Positions 10,473-20,137 of a stretch of 64,000 nt of DNA are shown here, one piece after another (position 1 is the stretch's first letter; each line of letters opens with the position of its first letter). A program made the translations under genes and the position numbers. The stretch comes from an uncultured Gemmataceae bacterium (GTDB lineage: Bacteria; Planctomycetota; Planctomycetia; Gemmatales; Gemmataceae), in NCBI GenBank assembly GCA_963750165.1, contig CAVVPN010000010.1, positions 224,001 through 288,000 of the forward strand, in the 5' to 3' direction. The notes under the pieces were generated by a model. That model saw only the letters and a program-made list of their open reading frames with translations, was not told the DNA's origin and did no database searches.

Positions 10473-10575
10473 TCACCACTTGAAGCTGTACTGCAAATAG
10501 AACAGGTCCGGCGCCGGCATGACCCCCGCCTTTTGCAGGTAATCGCCCAGGAACAGCTGGGAATAACCGGAACTT
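10473..10575 (-). pseudogene. 3' remnant of an outer-membrane beta-barrel gene (alginate export-like)
   Basis: Translates SGYSQLFLGDYLQKAGVMPAPDLFYLQYSFKW*, with a terminal aromatic beta-signal; no N-terminal part. Confidence 0.6.
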
Positions 10576-10612
10576 TCCTTGAGCCGGTTCCGCCGGCCCC
10601 ACGCGAAGAGCA

Positions 10613-12853
10613 TCATCGCGCCAGCGGAAACGCCCTCACCTTGGTCGCGGATTGCGACAGCAGCCGGCCGCCGTGGATCACCAGATTGCCGAGCAGTTCC
10701 GTCTGCGGTAGCGCCTGCCGCGCCACCACCTGGCCGCGTCCCAGGTCAATCGTCCACAGGGCCACCGTTTTGCCGCGCACCGGCAGCGTACACAGGCCGT
10801 CGGCCCCCAGCACGCCCAGGCCGGTCGGCTCGTCAATGGCCAACTTCCACACTTCGCTGCCGTCCTGCAATGACAACGCCCGGCAGTGGTCGCGGCCGAC
10901 CAGCAGCACCCGACCGCCGTGGACGCCCGCCACGTAGTGCGCGCCGTCGCGCTTGACCCGCCAGCGCGGCTTGCCGTCGCGCAGGTCCAGGCAGTGAACG
11001 GCGTCGTCGTCCGGGCCGGCGTAAATCACCGCGCCGGCGTGCAGCACCGGCGCCGACGCCCGCCAGGTGGGCCGCCGGAACGTGAGCTTTTCGGGTTTGG
11101 TTTCGCCGGTCGGTCGGTAACCGTGCATCCAGAGCACCGTCTGCGTCGCCAGGTCCACGCCGAGCAGGACGCCGGCGTTGGTCGGGCAGACCAGCACACC
11201 ATCCTGGTAGGCCAGATGGCACGCCTGCGTTCGCCGGTTCGGGTCGGCAAAGAATTTCTCCTGCACGGTCGCCAGCGGCTGCACCGACAGCGCTTCGCCC
11301 CGGGCGGGATCGACGCACACCAGGCGGAGGGTGCCGTCGTTCTTTTCGTTGAGCACGTAGAGTTTGTCGGCGAGCGGCAGCGGGGCGCCGAGGAAGTGGC
11401 TCTCGTGGAACGGGTCTTTCTTGTCTATGTTCCGGGGTTCAAAGCCCTGGCCGAGCCGCCAGGCCAACTTGCCGGTGTCCAGCTCGAACGCCTGCAGGTT
11501 GTTCCAGAACACGCGCGGCTTGATGTCCTCGCTGTACTGGTCGGGGGTGGTCCGGACGTTGTTCGACAGGAAGGCGGGCGGGACCGGCACCGCCAGGTCA
11601 TCGACGCTGAACACAAACTTGTGGTCGGTGGACAGCGCGCCGATCTGCTCGTTCTCGAAGACGACCGGACTGCGCCCGTCCTTGTCGTAAGCCGTCAACC
11701 AATTGTCCACGATCGGACGAACGAGGTTTTTGCCGTCCGGGATCATCAGAATTCCAAGACTGCTTTCAAACGGCGTGCTTTTCCACCAAATTTCACCAGG
11801 CTTGATGACCACGTTGCCGTCCCGGTACTCCCGCAGCGTTGCTGCGGTGATCCCGCAGTAAGTGAGGTACGCCACCTGGTTGCCGACGACGATGGGGGAA
11901 GCGCTCGGGGCCAGGAAACCGTTGTTCTTCTGGAGGTTGGCCAGTGCCTTCTTGAGCCACTCCGCGGCTCTCGGACTCGGGTCAGGGTCGTCGCCCCTGT
12001 CCATCCGGTCCATCATGGTCGGCCGCGCCCACTGCTGGGCCTTGACCTTCGGCACGCCCGCCGGCCCATAACCGTTGCGCGCCGCGTTGCCGCGGAACAG
12101 CGGCCAGTCACCCGTCGCGATCTTGATGCGCTCCAGCTCGACTTCCAGGTCCTTCAGCTTCACGGGCTCCTTTTGCAGCAGCACTTGCAACCGCCTCACC
12201 AGCCGATCCGCGTTGGCCTTGTCGCCGGCGCGGCGGTACGCGGCCGCCGTCCGGTGCAGCAGGTCCGCCTCCGCCTTCGCAGCCGGCGGCCGGCGCAGCG
12301 CCTGATCCAGGCACAGCGCCGCCTCCAGGCGCCGCCCCTTGCCGGCGTGCGCTTCGGCCAGCAGCAGCAGCGCCTCACGGCCCGCGTCGGTGTGCGCGAA
12401 GCGCCGCGCCACCTGCGCCAGCAGGGCCGCGTCCTTCTGCTGCCGGGCCTTCTTGAACAGCGCGTCCGCCTGGGGCCCGGCGTGTTTCCGATAGGCCGCC
12501 AGTCCCGGCGGCGGCAGGGCGGCCAGCTGGGCGTCGGCGACGGTGTGCGGGCTGAGCCAGTGGGTTGTCTCCTTGCCGTCGGCCCACCGCCGCGGCACCG
12601 GCACCAGCACGCCCGGCGACACGTCCAGCAGTTGTTGCAGCCCGAGGGCGGCGTCCGGCCACTCCTGTTTCTTGAGCGCGTTCGTCGTCACGCGCAGCAG
12701 GTCGGACAGCGCCGCCCACTGCTTCGGGGTGTTGGCCGACTGATCGACGGCAACGGTCGTGACCGGCGCGTCTGGCGGTTGCTGGGCCGCCGCCGGCGCG
12801 AGGCCGAGCAGCAGGCCGGCGAACAGCGACGGAATGAGGCGTAGCGTGGACAT
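10613..12853 (-). CDS. Secreted TPR-like plus PQQ-like beta-propeller protein
   Basis: Signal peptide from MSTLRLIPS; DWPLFRGNAARNG; repeated A-x-D-xx-TG-xxx-W blades. Confidence 0.85.
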   Translation of the reverse strand: MSTLRLIPSLFAGLLLGLAPAAAQQPPDAPVTTVAVDQSANTPKQWAALSDLLRVTTNALKKQEWPDAALGLQQLLDVSPGVLVPVPRRWADGKETTHWLSPHTVADAQLAALPPPGLAAYRKHAGPQADALFKKARQQKDAALLAQVARRFAHTDAGREALLLLAEAHAGKGRRLEAALCLDQALRRPPAAKAEADLLHRTAAAYRRAGDKANADRLVRRLQVLLQKEPVKLKDLEVELERIKIATGDWPLFRGNAARNGYGPAGVPKVKAQQWARPTMMDRMDRGDDPDPSPRAAEWLKKALANLQKNNGFLAPSASPIVVGNQVAYLTYCGITAATLREYRDGNVVIKPGEIWWKSTPFESSLGILMIPDGKNLVRPIVDNWLTAYDKDGRSPVVFENEQIGALSTDHKFVFSVDDLAVPVPPAFLSNNVRTTPDQYSEDIKPRVFWNNLQAFELDTGKLAWRLGQGFEPRNIDKKDPFHESHFLGAPLPLADKLYVLNEKNDGTLRLVCVDPARGEALSVQPLATVQEKFFADPNRRTQACHLAYQDGVLVCPTNAGVLLGVDLATQTVLWMHGYRPTGETKPEKLTFRRPTWRASAPVLHAGAVIYAGPDDDAVHCLDLRDGKPRWRVKRDGAHYVAGVHGGRVLLVGRDHCRALSLQDGSEVWKLAIDEPTGLGVLGADGLCTLPVRGKTVALWTIDLGRGQVVARQALPQTELLGNLVIHGGRLLSQSATKVRAFPLAR

Positions 12854-12946
12854 GACGAATGCTCCTGGTTGTCTGGGCCGGACTGTGTGATTGTCGCGCG
12901 CCGCCGGCCGAGATACCAGGAGCAAATGAGACCGTGCCGTCACTTC

Positions 12947-13005
12947 CCGTGGTGCAGGCGGCTCGCCTGCAGCGGACTGCCGCAGGCGAGCCGCCCGCAC
13001 CACGG
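12947..13005. repeat. REPIN (GTGG type)
   Basis: CCGTGGTGCAGGCGGCTCGCCTGC...GCAGGCGAGCCGCCCGCACCACGG; related to 39193-39249. Confidence 0.8.
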
Positions 13006-13014
13006 CCAGAAATG

Positions 13015-14184
13015 TCACGGGGCCTTCTTCAACGTGAACTCCTCGAAGCCCACCGCGAACGGCGTGGTGCTCGAATTGATTACCGACAGGCCGACCTTCA
13101 ACCGAGCCGGCCAGAGTGTGTCAATCGGGTGCAGTTTTTTCCACTTGCTGCCGTCAAAGGAAATGCTGCCGAAGATGCGACTGCCCTTGCGTTCCATGCG
13201 CAGGTAGCAGTCGCCACCGGGGAAGACCTCGTTGTGCAGCGCCCCGCGGTAGCCGGCCTCGCGCTCCTCGAACAGCACAATCGTACCGATTTTTTTGTTG
13301 CGCAGCATGGCGCCGCGCTCCAGGCGGATGAAGTTGTCGGAGTTGTTCCAGATCAGGATGCCGGCGCCGTGGAAGGGCACGCCCTTGGGGTTGGTCGATT
13401 TGCCGCCCGGCTTGAAGTCGCCCGTCACCTTCACCGTGACGACGAAATCGCCCTCGACCGTTTGCAGGACGCGCGGCGAGTTGAGCTTGCCGGTGTCGGG
13501 GTTCAGGTCGTGCCAGGTGCCCGGCACCGTGATGGTTAGTTTCTTGGCGTCCGGTAGGAACACGCAGTCCTTGCCCGGGTTGATGGCCAGGCCCCAGCCT
13601 TTCAGTTCCATGCCCGTCGGCTCCGGCTCCGGTTTGCCGGCCGCCCGCACCTGGCCCGGCCCCAGCGTCAGCGAACCGAGGAAGCGGCCCGTGTCCACGG
13701 GCAGTTCCCGGTTCGGCGCCGACACCACCATGACCGCGTAAATCGACCGGCCATCCAGGTACTCACGGACGCGGATGGTGACCGTGCCCTCTTCCGCGAT
13801 CGGTTTGCCGCGGACGGTGAAATCGCGACCGATCCGGCCGTCGGCCCGCACCTTCTTCTGGCTGAGTACCTTGCCGTTCCACTCCTCCGCCAGGAAGTCG
13901 CGCTCGGCGTTGAGTTCCGCCTCTTCAGTGCCCTTGACGATGGCCGTGGGGTGCTCGATCTTGTAGGCGATGTAGTAGGCGTTTTGCGCCTTGCAGCCGA
14001 GGACCAGAATCTTGATGGTGCCGCCGGCCCCCTTGCGCATGCGCGACTTCTGCATGGTCAGCTTGCCGGGCATTTCGACCGAGAACTGCCCCGCTTTTGA
14101 GGTGATGGTCTGCCACGAGGTTTGTGCGGGCGCCGGTAAGAAACCGGCCGCAGCGAACAAGGGGATGAGTGCAGCGAGGCGCAT
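13015..14184 (-). CDS. Secreted protein with C-terminal DUF1349 (ConA-like) domain
   Basis: Signal peptide; NSPRVLQTVEGDF, HGAGILIW, YLRMERKG, SFDGSKW. Confidence 0.8.
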   Translation of the reverse strand: MRLAALIPLFAAAGFLPAPAQTSWQTITSKAGQFSVEMPGKLTMQKSRMRKGAGGTIKILVLGCKAQNAYYIAYKIEHPTAIVKGTEEAELNAERDFLAEEWNGKVLSQKKVRADGRIGRDFTVRGKPIAEEGTVTIRVREYLDGRSIYAVMVVSAPNRELPVDTGRFLGSLTLGPGQVRAAGKPEPEPTGMELKGWGLAINPGKDCVFLPDAKKLTITVPGTWHDLNPDTGKLNSPRVLQTVEGDFVVTVKVTGDFKPGGKSTNPKGVPFHGAGILIWNNSDNFIRLERGAMLRNKKIGTIVLFEEREAGYRGALHNEVFPGGDCYLRMERKGSRIFGSISFDGSKWKKLHPIDTLWPARLKVGLSVINSSTTPFAVGFEEFTLKKAP

Positions 14185-14352
14185 CGGTTGGCCCTCCGGT
14201 GAACGGGGACTGGGAAAAGCACACGCAGCGACGGTCCCGCTCTCCTGCCGTCAGGCGAATGGCTACCGGCGGTGCTTCGCAAGAGATAACCCCGGCGGCG
14301 CGCCGCGGTTGCACTCGGGCGCTGGAAAGTGGCGGTTTGGTTCGGGGAAAGA

Positions 14353-14587
14353 TCAGTCCAGGTACGCCCGCCGGGCCGCCTGATCCTCGTCCAGCGCCAG
14401 GGGCAATTCCGGCAAGGGCTGACCGACCCTGAGGAGGCGACGCCAGAGAACGATTTGTGTGCCCATTTCCTCGTCGCAGGGCATGGGGCTGCCGATCCGA
14501 TAACTGATCACATGCGAGCAGTTGCGCCAGCCAGAGCCGGTGAACGCCGTCCCCGCCCCGTTCGTCCTTCCAATCGTGCAGCGGCAT
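14353..14587 (-). pseudogene. Internally deleted DUF4058 gene
   Basis: N-terminus MPLHDWKDERGGDGVHRLWLAQLL joined out of frame to C-terminus VISYRIG...LRVGQPLPELPLALD...AARRAYLD*. Confidence 0.7.
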
Positions 14588-14647
14588 GACCTGGCCTCCC
14601 CGCCAGCAGAACAAAGAGGTCATCCGCAAGGAAAAGTGCGGAAAAGG

Positions 14648-14842
14648 TCATCGCGCGTTCTGCCCGTCCGAAGCCCCGGTTGCATCGTCCTTCGCTTCGG
14701 GTGACGGCTTGCGGAACCCATACGGGCAGTGCCGGCAACCGCTCTGACAACAGTAACCGCGGCGCCGCAGGAACTCCGCGGTGAACACCCAGCGGCCGCC
14801 CTCGACGTAGTAGTCCCGCCCCGGCACCAGTTGCTCTGCCAT
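14648..14842 (-). CDS. Small Cys-rich protein (DUF5522-like)
   Basis: DYYVEGGRWVFTAEFLRRRGYCCQSGCRHCPYG. Confidence 0.85.
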   Translation of the reverse strand: MAEQLVPGRDYYVEGGRWVFTAEFLRRRGYCCQSGCRHCPYGFRKPSPEAKDDATGASDGQNAR

Positions 14843-14881
14843 GACCGTCTGCGACAGCCGCCGCCCTCCGCGTGTTGCCCG

Positions 14882-15607
14882 TCAGGAGATGTGTAACAAC
14901 CGACAGGTTTCCTCGTAACCCGGTTCGAGCGGCAGCAGCACGCGGAGGTCGGGGGTCAGCCAGAGCGGCAGCGTCGGCAGCGGCTGCCCCAGTGTCATGG
15001 GAACATACCACACGTCGAGCAGGGACCGCTTCGGTGACCGTTTGCGGTTCCGGGTCGTGACCGCGTACAGGGGCGGCGGCGCCGGGTCGAGGCGCGGGTC
15101 CGCGGCGCCGGACACTTCCAGCAGGTCCGCATACAGGTTGAACTGCTGGGCCGTGACCAGATCCACGATCGCGACGCAGATGTCGCGCTGCAGGAGGGCC
15201 GCGAGCTTGGCCACGAACGCCCCGCGGCTTTCCGGCCGGTCCTTGTTCGACGGGCTGGCGATCTCGATGGCCGCGACCAGCTGCCGGCCGTGTTCGGCGT
15301 CGTAAATGCGCACCTCGTACTCGCTCGGGTCGGGCAGGTCCACTTCCAGGGTCCGAGCGGGTTCCGGGGTTGTCGCGGTGATGACACTACCGTTCCCCGT
15401 ACCAGGAGCGGATTCGATCACTATCGGCTCATTCACCTGACAGTCCACCGCGAATGCTTTTCCCAAATGGGCAATCGGTGCGGCGACGTAACCCGAGGGG
15501 AGGAGATCAAACAGTTGCCGGACGATCGTGGCCGGCCACATGCCGTGCAGTTCGTTCCAGGAGTGGTGTTTGCTCACGGGCGGATGAAAGTGGTCGCGCA
15601 ATGGCAT
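14882..15607 (-). CDS. DUF4058 family protein
   Basis: MPLRDHFHPP, LVAAIEIASPSNK, GQPLPTLPLWL. Confidence 0.9.
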   Translation of the reverse strand: MPLRDHFHPPVSKHHSWNELHGMWPATIVRQLFDLLPSGYVAAPIAHLGKAFAVDCQVNEPIVIESAPGTGNGSVITATTPEPARTLEVDLPDPSEYEVRIYDAEHGRQLVAAIEIASPSNKDRPESRGAFVAKLAALLQRDICVAIVDLVTAQQFNLYADLLEVSGAADPRLDPAPPPLYAVTTRNRKRSPKRSLLDVWYVPMTLGQPLPTLPLWLTPDLRVLLPLEPGYEETCRLLHIS

Positions 15608-15662
15608 GGTGTGATCCCTCCCGGCGCGGCCGCCGGAGGTCCGGCAGCCGCGCCCAGTTTTG

Positions 15663-17927
15663 TTACTCCGCGAACTTCGCCGCGCCGTCGCCCAGATTCA
15701 CACTGGCCGTGCTCACCTGGCGGATGCGCTTCTCCCTGACCTCCACGTCCAACCGCTGCAGCAGCTCCGGCACGCTCATAGCGCCAAGATCGCCATCCAC
15801 GCGGTCGCGCACCGCCACGGTCTGGTTGGTCTGCTCCTTGTCGCCGACGACCAGCATGTACGGAATCTTTTCCAGCTGCGCCTCGCGAATCTTGTAGCCG
15901 ATCTTCTCCGGCCGGTAGTCGCCGCTGGCGCGGTAGCCGCGCTCACGCAGCTGCGTCTCGACGGTGCGGGCGTAGTCGTTGAAGCGCTCGCTCACGGTCA
16001 GCACACGGACCTGTTCGGGGGCCAGCCACAGCGGGAACGCCCCGGCGAAGTGCTCGATGAGAATGCCCATGAAGCGCTCCATCGAGCCGAACGGGGCGCG
16101 GTGGATCATCACCGGCTTGTGCGTCTTGTTGTCGGCGCCGACGTACTCCAGGTCGAAGCGCTTCGGCAGGTTGTAGTCCAGCTGCACGGTGCCGAGCTGC
16201 CATTCGCGGCCGATGCAGTCGCGCACCACGAAGTCGATCTTCGGCCCGTAGAACGCCGCCTCGCCCGTTTCCGCGGTGTACTTCATGCCGAGCTTGCTGA
16301 CGACCTCCACGAGCGTTTTTTCGGCGTTGTTCCAGTCCTCGTCGCTGCCGACGTACTTGCCGCTGCCCGGGTCGCGCAGGCCGATGCGGACGCGGTAGTC
16401 GGTCAGGCCCAGGCAGTCCAGCACGAAGCGCACCAGTTCGATGTTCGAGTGCATTTCGGCCTCGACCTGTTCGGGCGTCATGAACAGGTGGGCGTCGTCC
16501 TGGGTGAAGCCGCGGACGCGGGTCATGCCGTTCAATTCGCCAGTCTGCTCAAAGCGGTAGACGGTGCCGAACTCCGCCAGGCGCACCGGCAAATCGCGGT
16601 AGCTGCGCGGCTCCGCCTTGTAAATCTGGATGTGGTGCGGGCAGTTCATCGGCTTGAGCAGGTAGCCTTCCTTGGTCTCCAGCCAGCGCAGCAGCACCTG
16701 GCCGGCGTCCGCCGGGGTCGAGGCCTCGTGCAGGCCGGGGACCTCGATCCCGACCGCGTCCAGTATCCGGATGGCGGCGCGGCGGGTCATCTCCAGGCGC
16801 TCCGCGTCGCTGCCGGCCTTGCGGTACTCCTCGGCCAGCAATTTGTACTCGGCCAGGTCGAGCAGTTCCTTGAACGCATGCTCTTTCTTCTCGTCCAGGT
16901 GGCCCGCTTCGAGGCGGTACTGCGCCAGGTCCACCGCGGCGGCGATGGCGTTGAAGTACATCGGCGGGAACTGGGCGTCGCGGTAGTACGGGAAGTGGCC
17001 GCTGGTGCGGTACATCTCCAGCCGGCCGATGTGCGGCGTGTACACCGGCTGATAGCCGCGCTTGACCAGCTCCTCTTTGATGAACGCCTCCAGGATGCCG
17101 CGGACGATGGCGCCCTTCGGCATCCACAGGATCAGACCGCTGCCGGCCATCGGGCTGATGGTGAACAGTTTCAACTGCTTGCCGAGGACGCGGTGGTCGC
17201 GCTTCTTGGCCTCCTCCAGCTGCTGCAGGTAGGCGTCCAGTTCCTTCTGGCTGAAGAACGCGGTGCCGTAGAGGCGCTGGAGCTGTTTGCGGTTGTTGTC
17301 GTTCTTCCAGTAGGCGCCAGCGACGCTGAGCAGCTTGAAGGCGCCGACCTTGCCGGCGTGCGGGATGTGCGGGCCGCGGCACAGGTCGATGAACTCGCCC
17401 TGGCGGTAGAAGCTCAGGGTCGGAAAATCTTTCAAGGTGTCGTCGATGTTCTCGACCTTGTAGCCCTGGCCCATGTCCTGGCAGAGGGCGCGGGCCTCGT
17501 CGTGCGGGCGCTCGAAGCGCTCGAACGGCTCGGCGTCCTTGATGATCTTGCGCATCTCCTCCTCGATGCGCGGGAAATCCTCCTCGCGGATGGGGGTGGG
17601 CGAGTCCATGTCGTAATAGAAGCCGTTCTCGATGGTCGGGCCGAAGGCGAGCTGCACGCCGGGGAAAAGGCGCAGGACCGCGCGGGCCATGATGTGGGCG
17701 CAGCTGTGGCGGAGCACGTCGAGGGCGTCGCGGTCCTTGTCGGTGAGGATCTGGAAGGTGTGTTCGCCCTCGGGCAGCTCGCGGTCGAGGTCGGTAATGG
17801 CGCCATCAACCTTGGCGGCGACGGCGGCCTGGGCGAGGCGCTTGCCGATGCCCTCGGCGATGTCGCGCGGTCGGGCGCCGGGCGGGGCCTGTTTGACGGA
17901 GCCATCGGGGAGCTTGAGAGTCGGCAT
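15663..17927 (-). CDS. thrS: Threonine--tRNA ligase
   Basis: TGS domain, LRHSCAHIMA, DLCRGPH, KPMNCPHH, RVRGFTQDDAH, FYGPKID, MIHRAPFGSMERF, anticodon-binding domain. Confidence 0.98.
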   Translation of the reverse strand: MPTLKLPDGSVKQAPPGARPRDIAEGIGKRLAQAAVAAKVDGAITDLDRELPEGEHTFQILTDKDRDALDVLRHSCAHIMARAVLRLFPGVQLAFGPTIENGFYYDMDSPTPIREEDFPRIEEEMRKIIKDAEPFERFERPHDEARALCQDMGQGYKVENIDDTLKDFPTLSFYRQGEFIDLCRGPHIPHAGKVGAFKLLSVAGAYWKNDNNRKQLQRLYGTAFFSQKELDAYLQQLEEAKKRDHRVLGKQLKLFTISPMAGSGLILWMPKGAIVRGILEAFIKEELVKRGYQPVYTPHIGRLEMYRTSGHFPYYRDAQFPPMYFNAIAAAVDLAQYRLEAGHLDEKKEHAFKELLDLAEYKLLAEEYRKAGSDAERLEMTRRAAIRILDAVGIEVPGLHEASTPADAGQVLLRWLETKEGYLLKPMNCPHHIQIYKAEPRSYRDLPVRLAEFGTVYRFEQTGELNGMTRVRGFTQDDAHLFMTPEQVEAEMHSNIELVRFVLDCLGLTDYRVRIGLRDPGSGKYVGSDEDWNNAEKTLVEVVSKLGMKYTAETGEAAFYGPKIDFVVRDCIGREWQLGTVQLDYNLPKRFDLEYVGADNKTHKPVMIHRAPFGSMERFMGILIEHFAGAFPLWLAPEQVRVLTVSERFNDYARTVETQLRERGYRASGDYRPEKIGYKIREAQLEKIPYMLVVGDKEQTNQTVAVRDRVDGDLGAMSVPELLQRLDVEVREKRIRQVSTASVNLGDGAAKFAE

Positions 17928-17954
17928 GGAGGTGTGTCCTGAAAAGAGTATGGC

Positions 17955-18009
17955 CACCCCTACAACGGGTGAACCTGACCCCGGGACACCCATCCGGGGG
18001 CCGGGGTTC
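17955..18009 (-). promoter_or_regulatory. thrS leader hairpins, candidate tRNA-Thr-mimic translational operator
   Basis: mRNA CACCC-GUUGUAG-GGGUG: 5-bp stem and 7-nt loop with UGU at the anticodon positions; upstream hairpin loop contains GGU. Confidence 0.45.
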
Positions 18010-18133
18010 GGGCGGACGGGGGTATTGTATGCCACGCCTGCGGGGGAAGGAGGGAAGGGCGTGGCGAACCGATCCGGGGTGCGGTAGAATCCAGCCATGC
18101 AGGTGGACGTGCAGGCAAAAGGGGTGCTGGACA

Positions 18134-18379
18134 ATGGTTGAGGGAACCTACGGCCGGCTGGATCAGTTGTTACGCTCGCTGGGGTTTACCATGCGCTTGT
18201 TTGAAGGAAAGACGCGGGTATACGAGCACCCGGAAACGGGCGCGCTGATGGCAGTCCCGACCTTTCCGATGGACACGCCGGTCTACCCCCATCACCTGCT
18301 CGGAGTGCGGGCGATGTTGAAGGCGTACGGCCTGGCAGATCCGACGGACTTCGAGAGGCAACTCCAGAAGGCGGGTTGA
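18134..18379 (+). CDS. Small HicA-fold-like protein
   Basis: 81 aa; LDQLLRSLGF...RVYEHPETGALMAVP resembles the HicA dsRBD-like fold. Confidence 0.55.
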   Translation: MVEGTYGRLDQLLRSLGFTMRLFEGKTRVYEHPETGALMAVPTFPMDTPVYPHHLLGVRAMLKAYGLADPTDFERQLQKAG

Positions 18380-18501
18380 AGGCCAGCGCCGTGGCGCCAA
18401 GGCGGCCCCGAATCCGCCATACGAAATCCCCAACCCGATGCAGTCGGTGCCACTGCCGATTCCTGGCGCGACAATTCCTCGACTTTTTGGGAGCCCGAAG
18501 T

Positions 18502-18954
18502 ATGACGCTTGCTCAGGTGGGGAAGTACATGCCTGAAGGGCTGCGTGCCCTCTCGAACCTGACCACCATGCTGTTCGAGGCCGTCACGGCCTGCCAGGTG
18601 TCGGTGAAAAAGGCGGTCGGGTGGGATTACATCGGCCTGAACCTGGACGGCAAATACTACATCGGGTTGAACTTCTCCGAACCGGAAATGCTGTGGTTCG
18701 TCACGCGCTGCCGGATCGACGCCGAGGCCGCGGCCAAACTCGGCGTCGGCGAACTGACGGAGGAAAATTGGGTGCCCGGCCGTTACCGTTGGTGGCGCGG
18801 CGTCGAGCTGGATTCCGAAGCCGTCCATTTCTTCGCGCGTTCCAAGGTCAGCCAGATGCAGTGGCTGGAGAGCTTCCTGCGAGAATATCTGGCCCAGGCC
18901 CGGTCGATTGAGACGACGGACCAACCGCCGATCCCCGACGAACCCCAGGAATGA
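18502..18954 (+). CDS. Hypothetical protein, possibly the 3' part of a longer gene
   Basis: Coding-like codon bias; the frame also reads protein-like upstream (FLARQFLDFLGARS). Confidence 0.6.
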   Translation: MTLAQVGKYMPEGLRALSNLTTMLFEAVTACQVSVKKAVGWDYIGLNLDGKYYIGLNFSEPEMLWFVTRCRIDAEAAAKLGVGELTEENWVPGRYRWWRGVELDSEAVHFFARSKVSQMQWLESFLREYLAQARSIETTDQPPIPDEPQE

Positions 18955-19108
18955 GGCGGCGGGCGGCCTGCGATCCACATTCCGCACGGAACGCGGTCTC
19001 CTGGTTGAGCGCCTCCGACGGCGCATCTATAATGTCCAGAGTGACGCCACGCGCCGGGCTTCGGCCGAGGCGCCAAGTGTCCCCGCTTCCAACGGGAAAG
19101 GTCGAGCC

Positions 19109-20137
19109 GTGTACGTCAACCGTCTGCGACTGCACAACGTCAAATCGTTGCACCGGGATATTCCGGAGGGTGGCGGCCCCCTTCCGGAGCCAGCCCGGCG
19201 TCGCCTTTTGCTGCAAGGAGCGAACGGCAGCGGCAAGACGACCATTTTGGAAACGATTCAAACGCTGTGGAAGCTTTGGGGAGAGTGGATTGAGGAGGGC
19301 CAAGGGGCTGATTTCAGCAAAAGGCCTCCAAGCATTTTCATACACCCATCCGTCGATTTGATTGCTGCCATGGAAGTTGTAGGTATTCCAAACGCTCCGC
19401 CGCTCTGGATTTGTGAAGGATCACCCGCGGCATGGACCGCCCTCAAGGAGTCCCACCCGGGGGCCATTTTCGCCGGCCGCATTGTTTATGAGCATCAGGA
19501 CACCATTCGACTGCCTCCAAACAATTTCCTCGTGTTGCGCCACCGCAGCCTTGCTGGGGCAGAGCCATTTCCGAACATCGTCTACTTTCCACCAGAGGGC
19601 CGGACTATTCGGGCGCCGGAAAAGACACGCGCCGAGATCATCGACACAACGCAGTTTAATTGGACTGCGGTTTACGACTCGGCCGTGAATCTTGACTCCA
19701 TCCTCTTGACGGTCCAGGCCTTGACTCCGGAGCGCTTTGAGGAATGCCTCCGACTCGTCAACCTGGCCCTGGAACACCGACAAAAGCGGATCACGGGATT
19801 CGGACCCAAGGGCCGACTGGTTGTGGAAGGCACTACCGAGGCAGGGTTTCCCTACCAGCACCCAATCGAAGCCCTCTCGTCGGGGGAGCGACAGATGTTG
19901 CTGCTGGTCGGTTTTATCGTGGCCTTCCTGCGGCCTGGGGGAATCGTGCTCCTCGACGAACCGGACCTGCACATTCACATCGGGATGGTTGACCAGCTAC
20001 TGGAAACACTGGAATGGGTCGTCCGCAAGCGGAACGGGCAACTGATCGTCGCGTCGCACTCCGAGCGGGTTTGGGATTGGTTTGTTCGTGAGGAAGAGCG
20101 GATTCAGCTGGGTGAGTGGGTGGGAAGAACCGCATGA
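19109..20137 (+). CDS. ABC/AAA_21-type ATPase (AriA-like)
   Basis: Walker A GANGSGKT, signature LSSGE, Walker B LLDEPDLH, H-loop VASHS; no transmembrane segments. Confidence 0.88.
   Translation: MYVNRLRLHNVKSLHRDIPEGGGPLPEPARRRLLLQGANGSGKTTILETIQTLWKLWGEWIEEGQGADFSKRPPSIFIHPSVDLIAAMEVVGIPNAPPLWICEGSPAAWTALKESHPGAIFAGRIVYEHQDTIRLPPNNFLVLRHRSLAGAEPFPNIVYFPPEGRTIRAPEKTRAEIIDTTQFNWTAVYDSAVNLDSILLTVQALTPERFEECLRLVNLALEHRQKRITGFGPKGRLVVEGTTEAGFPYQHPIEALSSGERQMLLLVGFIVAFLRPGGIVLLDEPDLHIHIGMVDQLLETLEWVVRKRNGQLIVASHSERVWDWFVREEERIQLGEWVGRTA

Noticed and set aside
16665..16958. Intein in ThrRS
   Set aside because: No Cys/Ser start paired with a His-Asn end; too short and helical.
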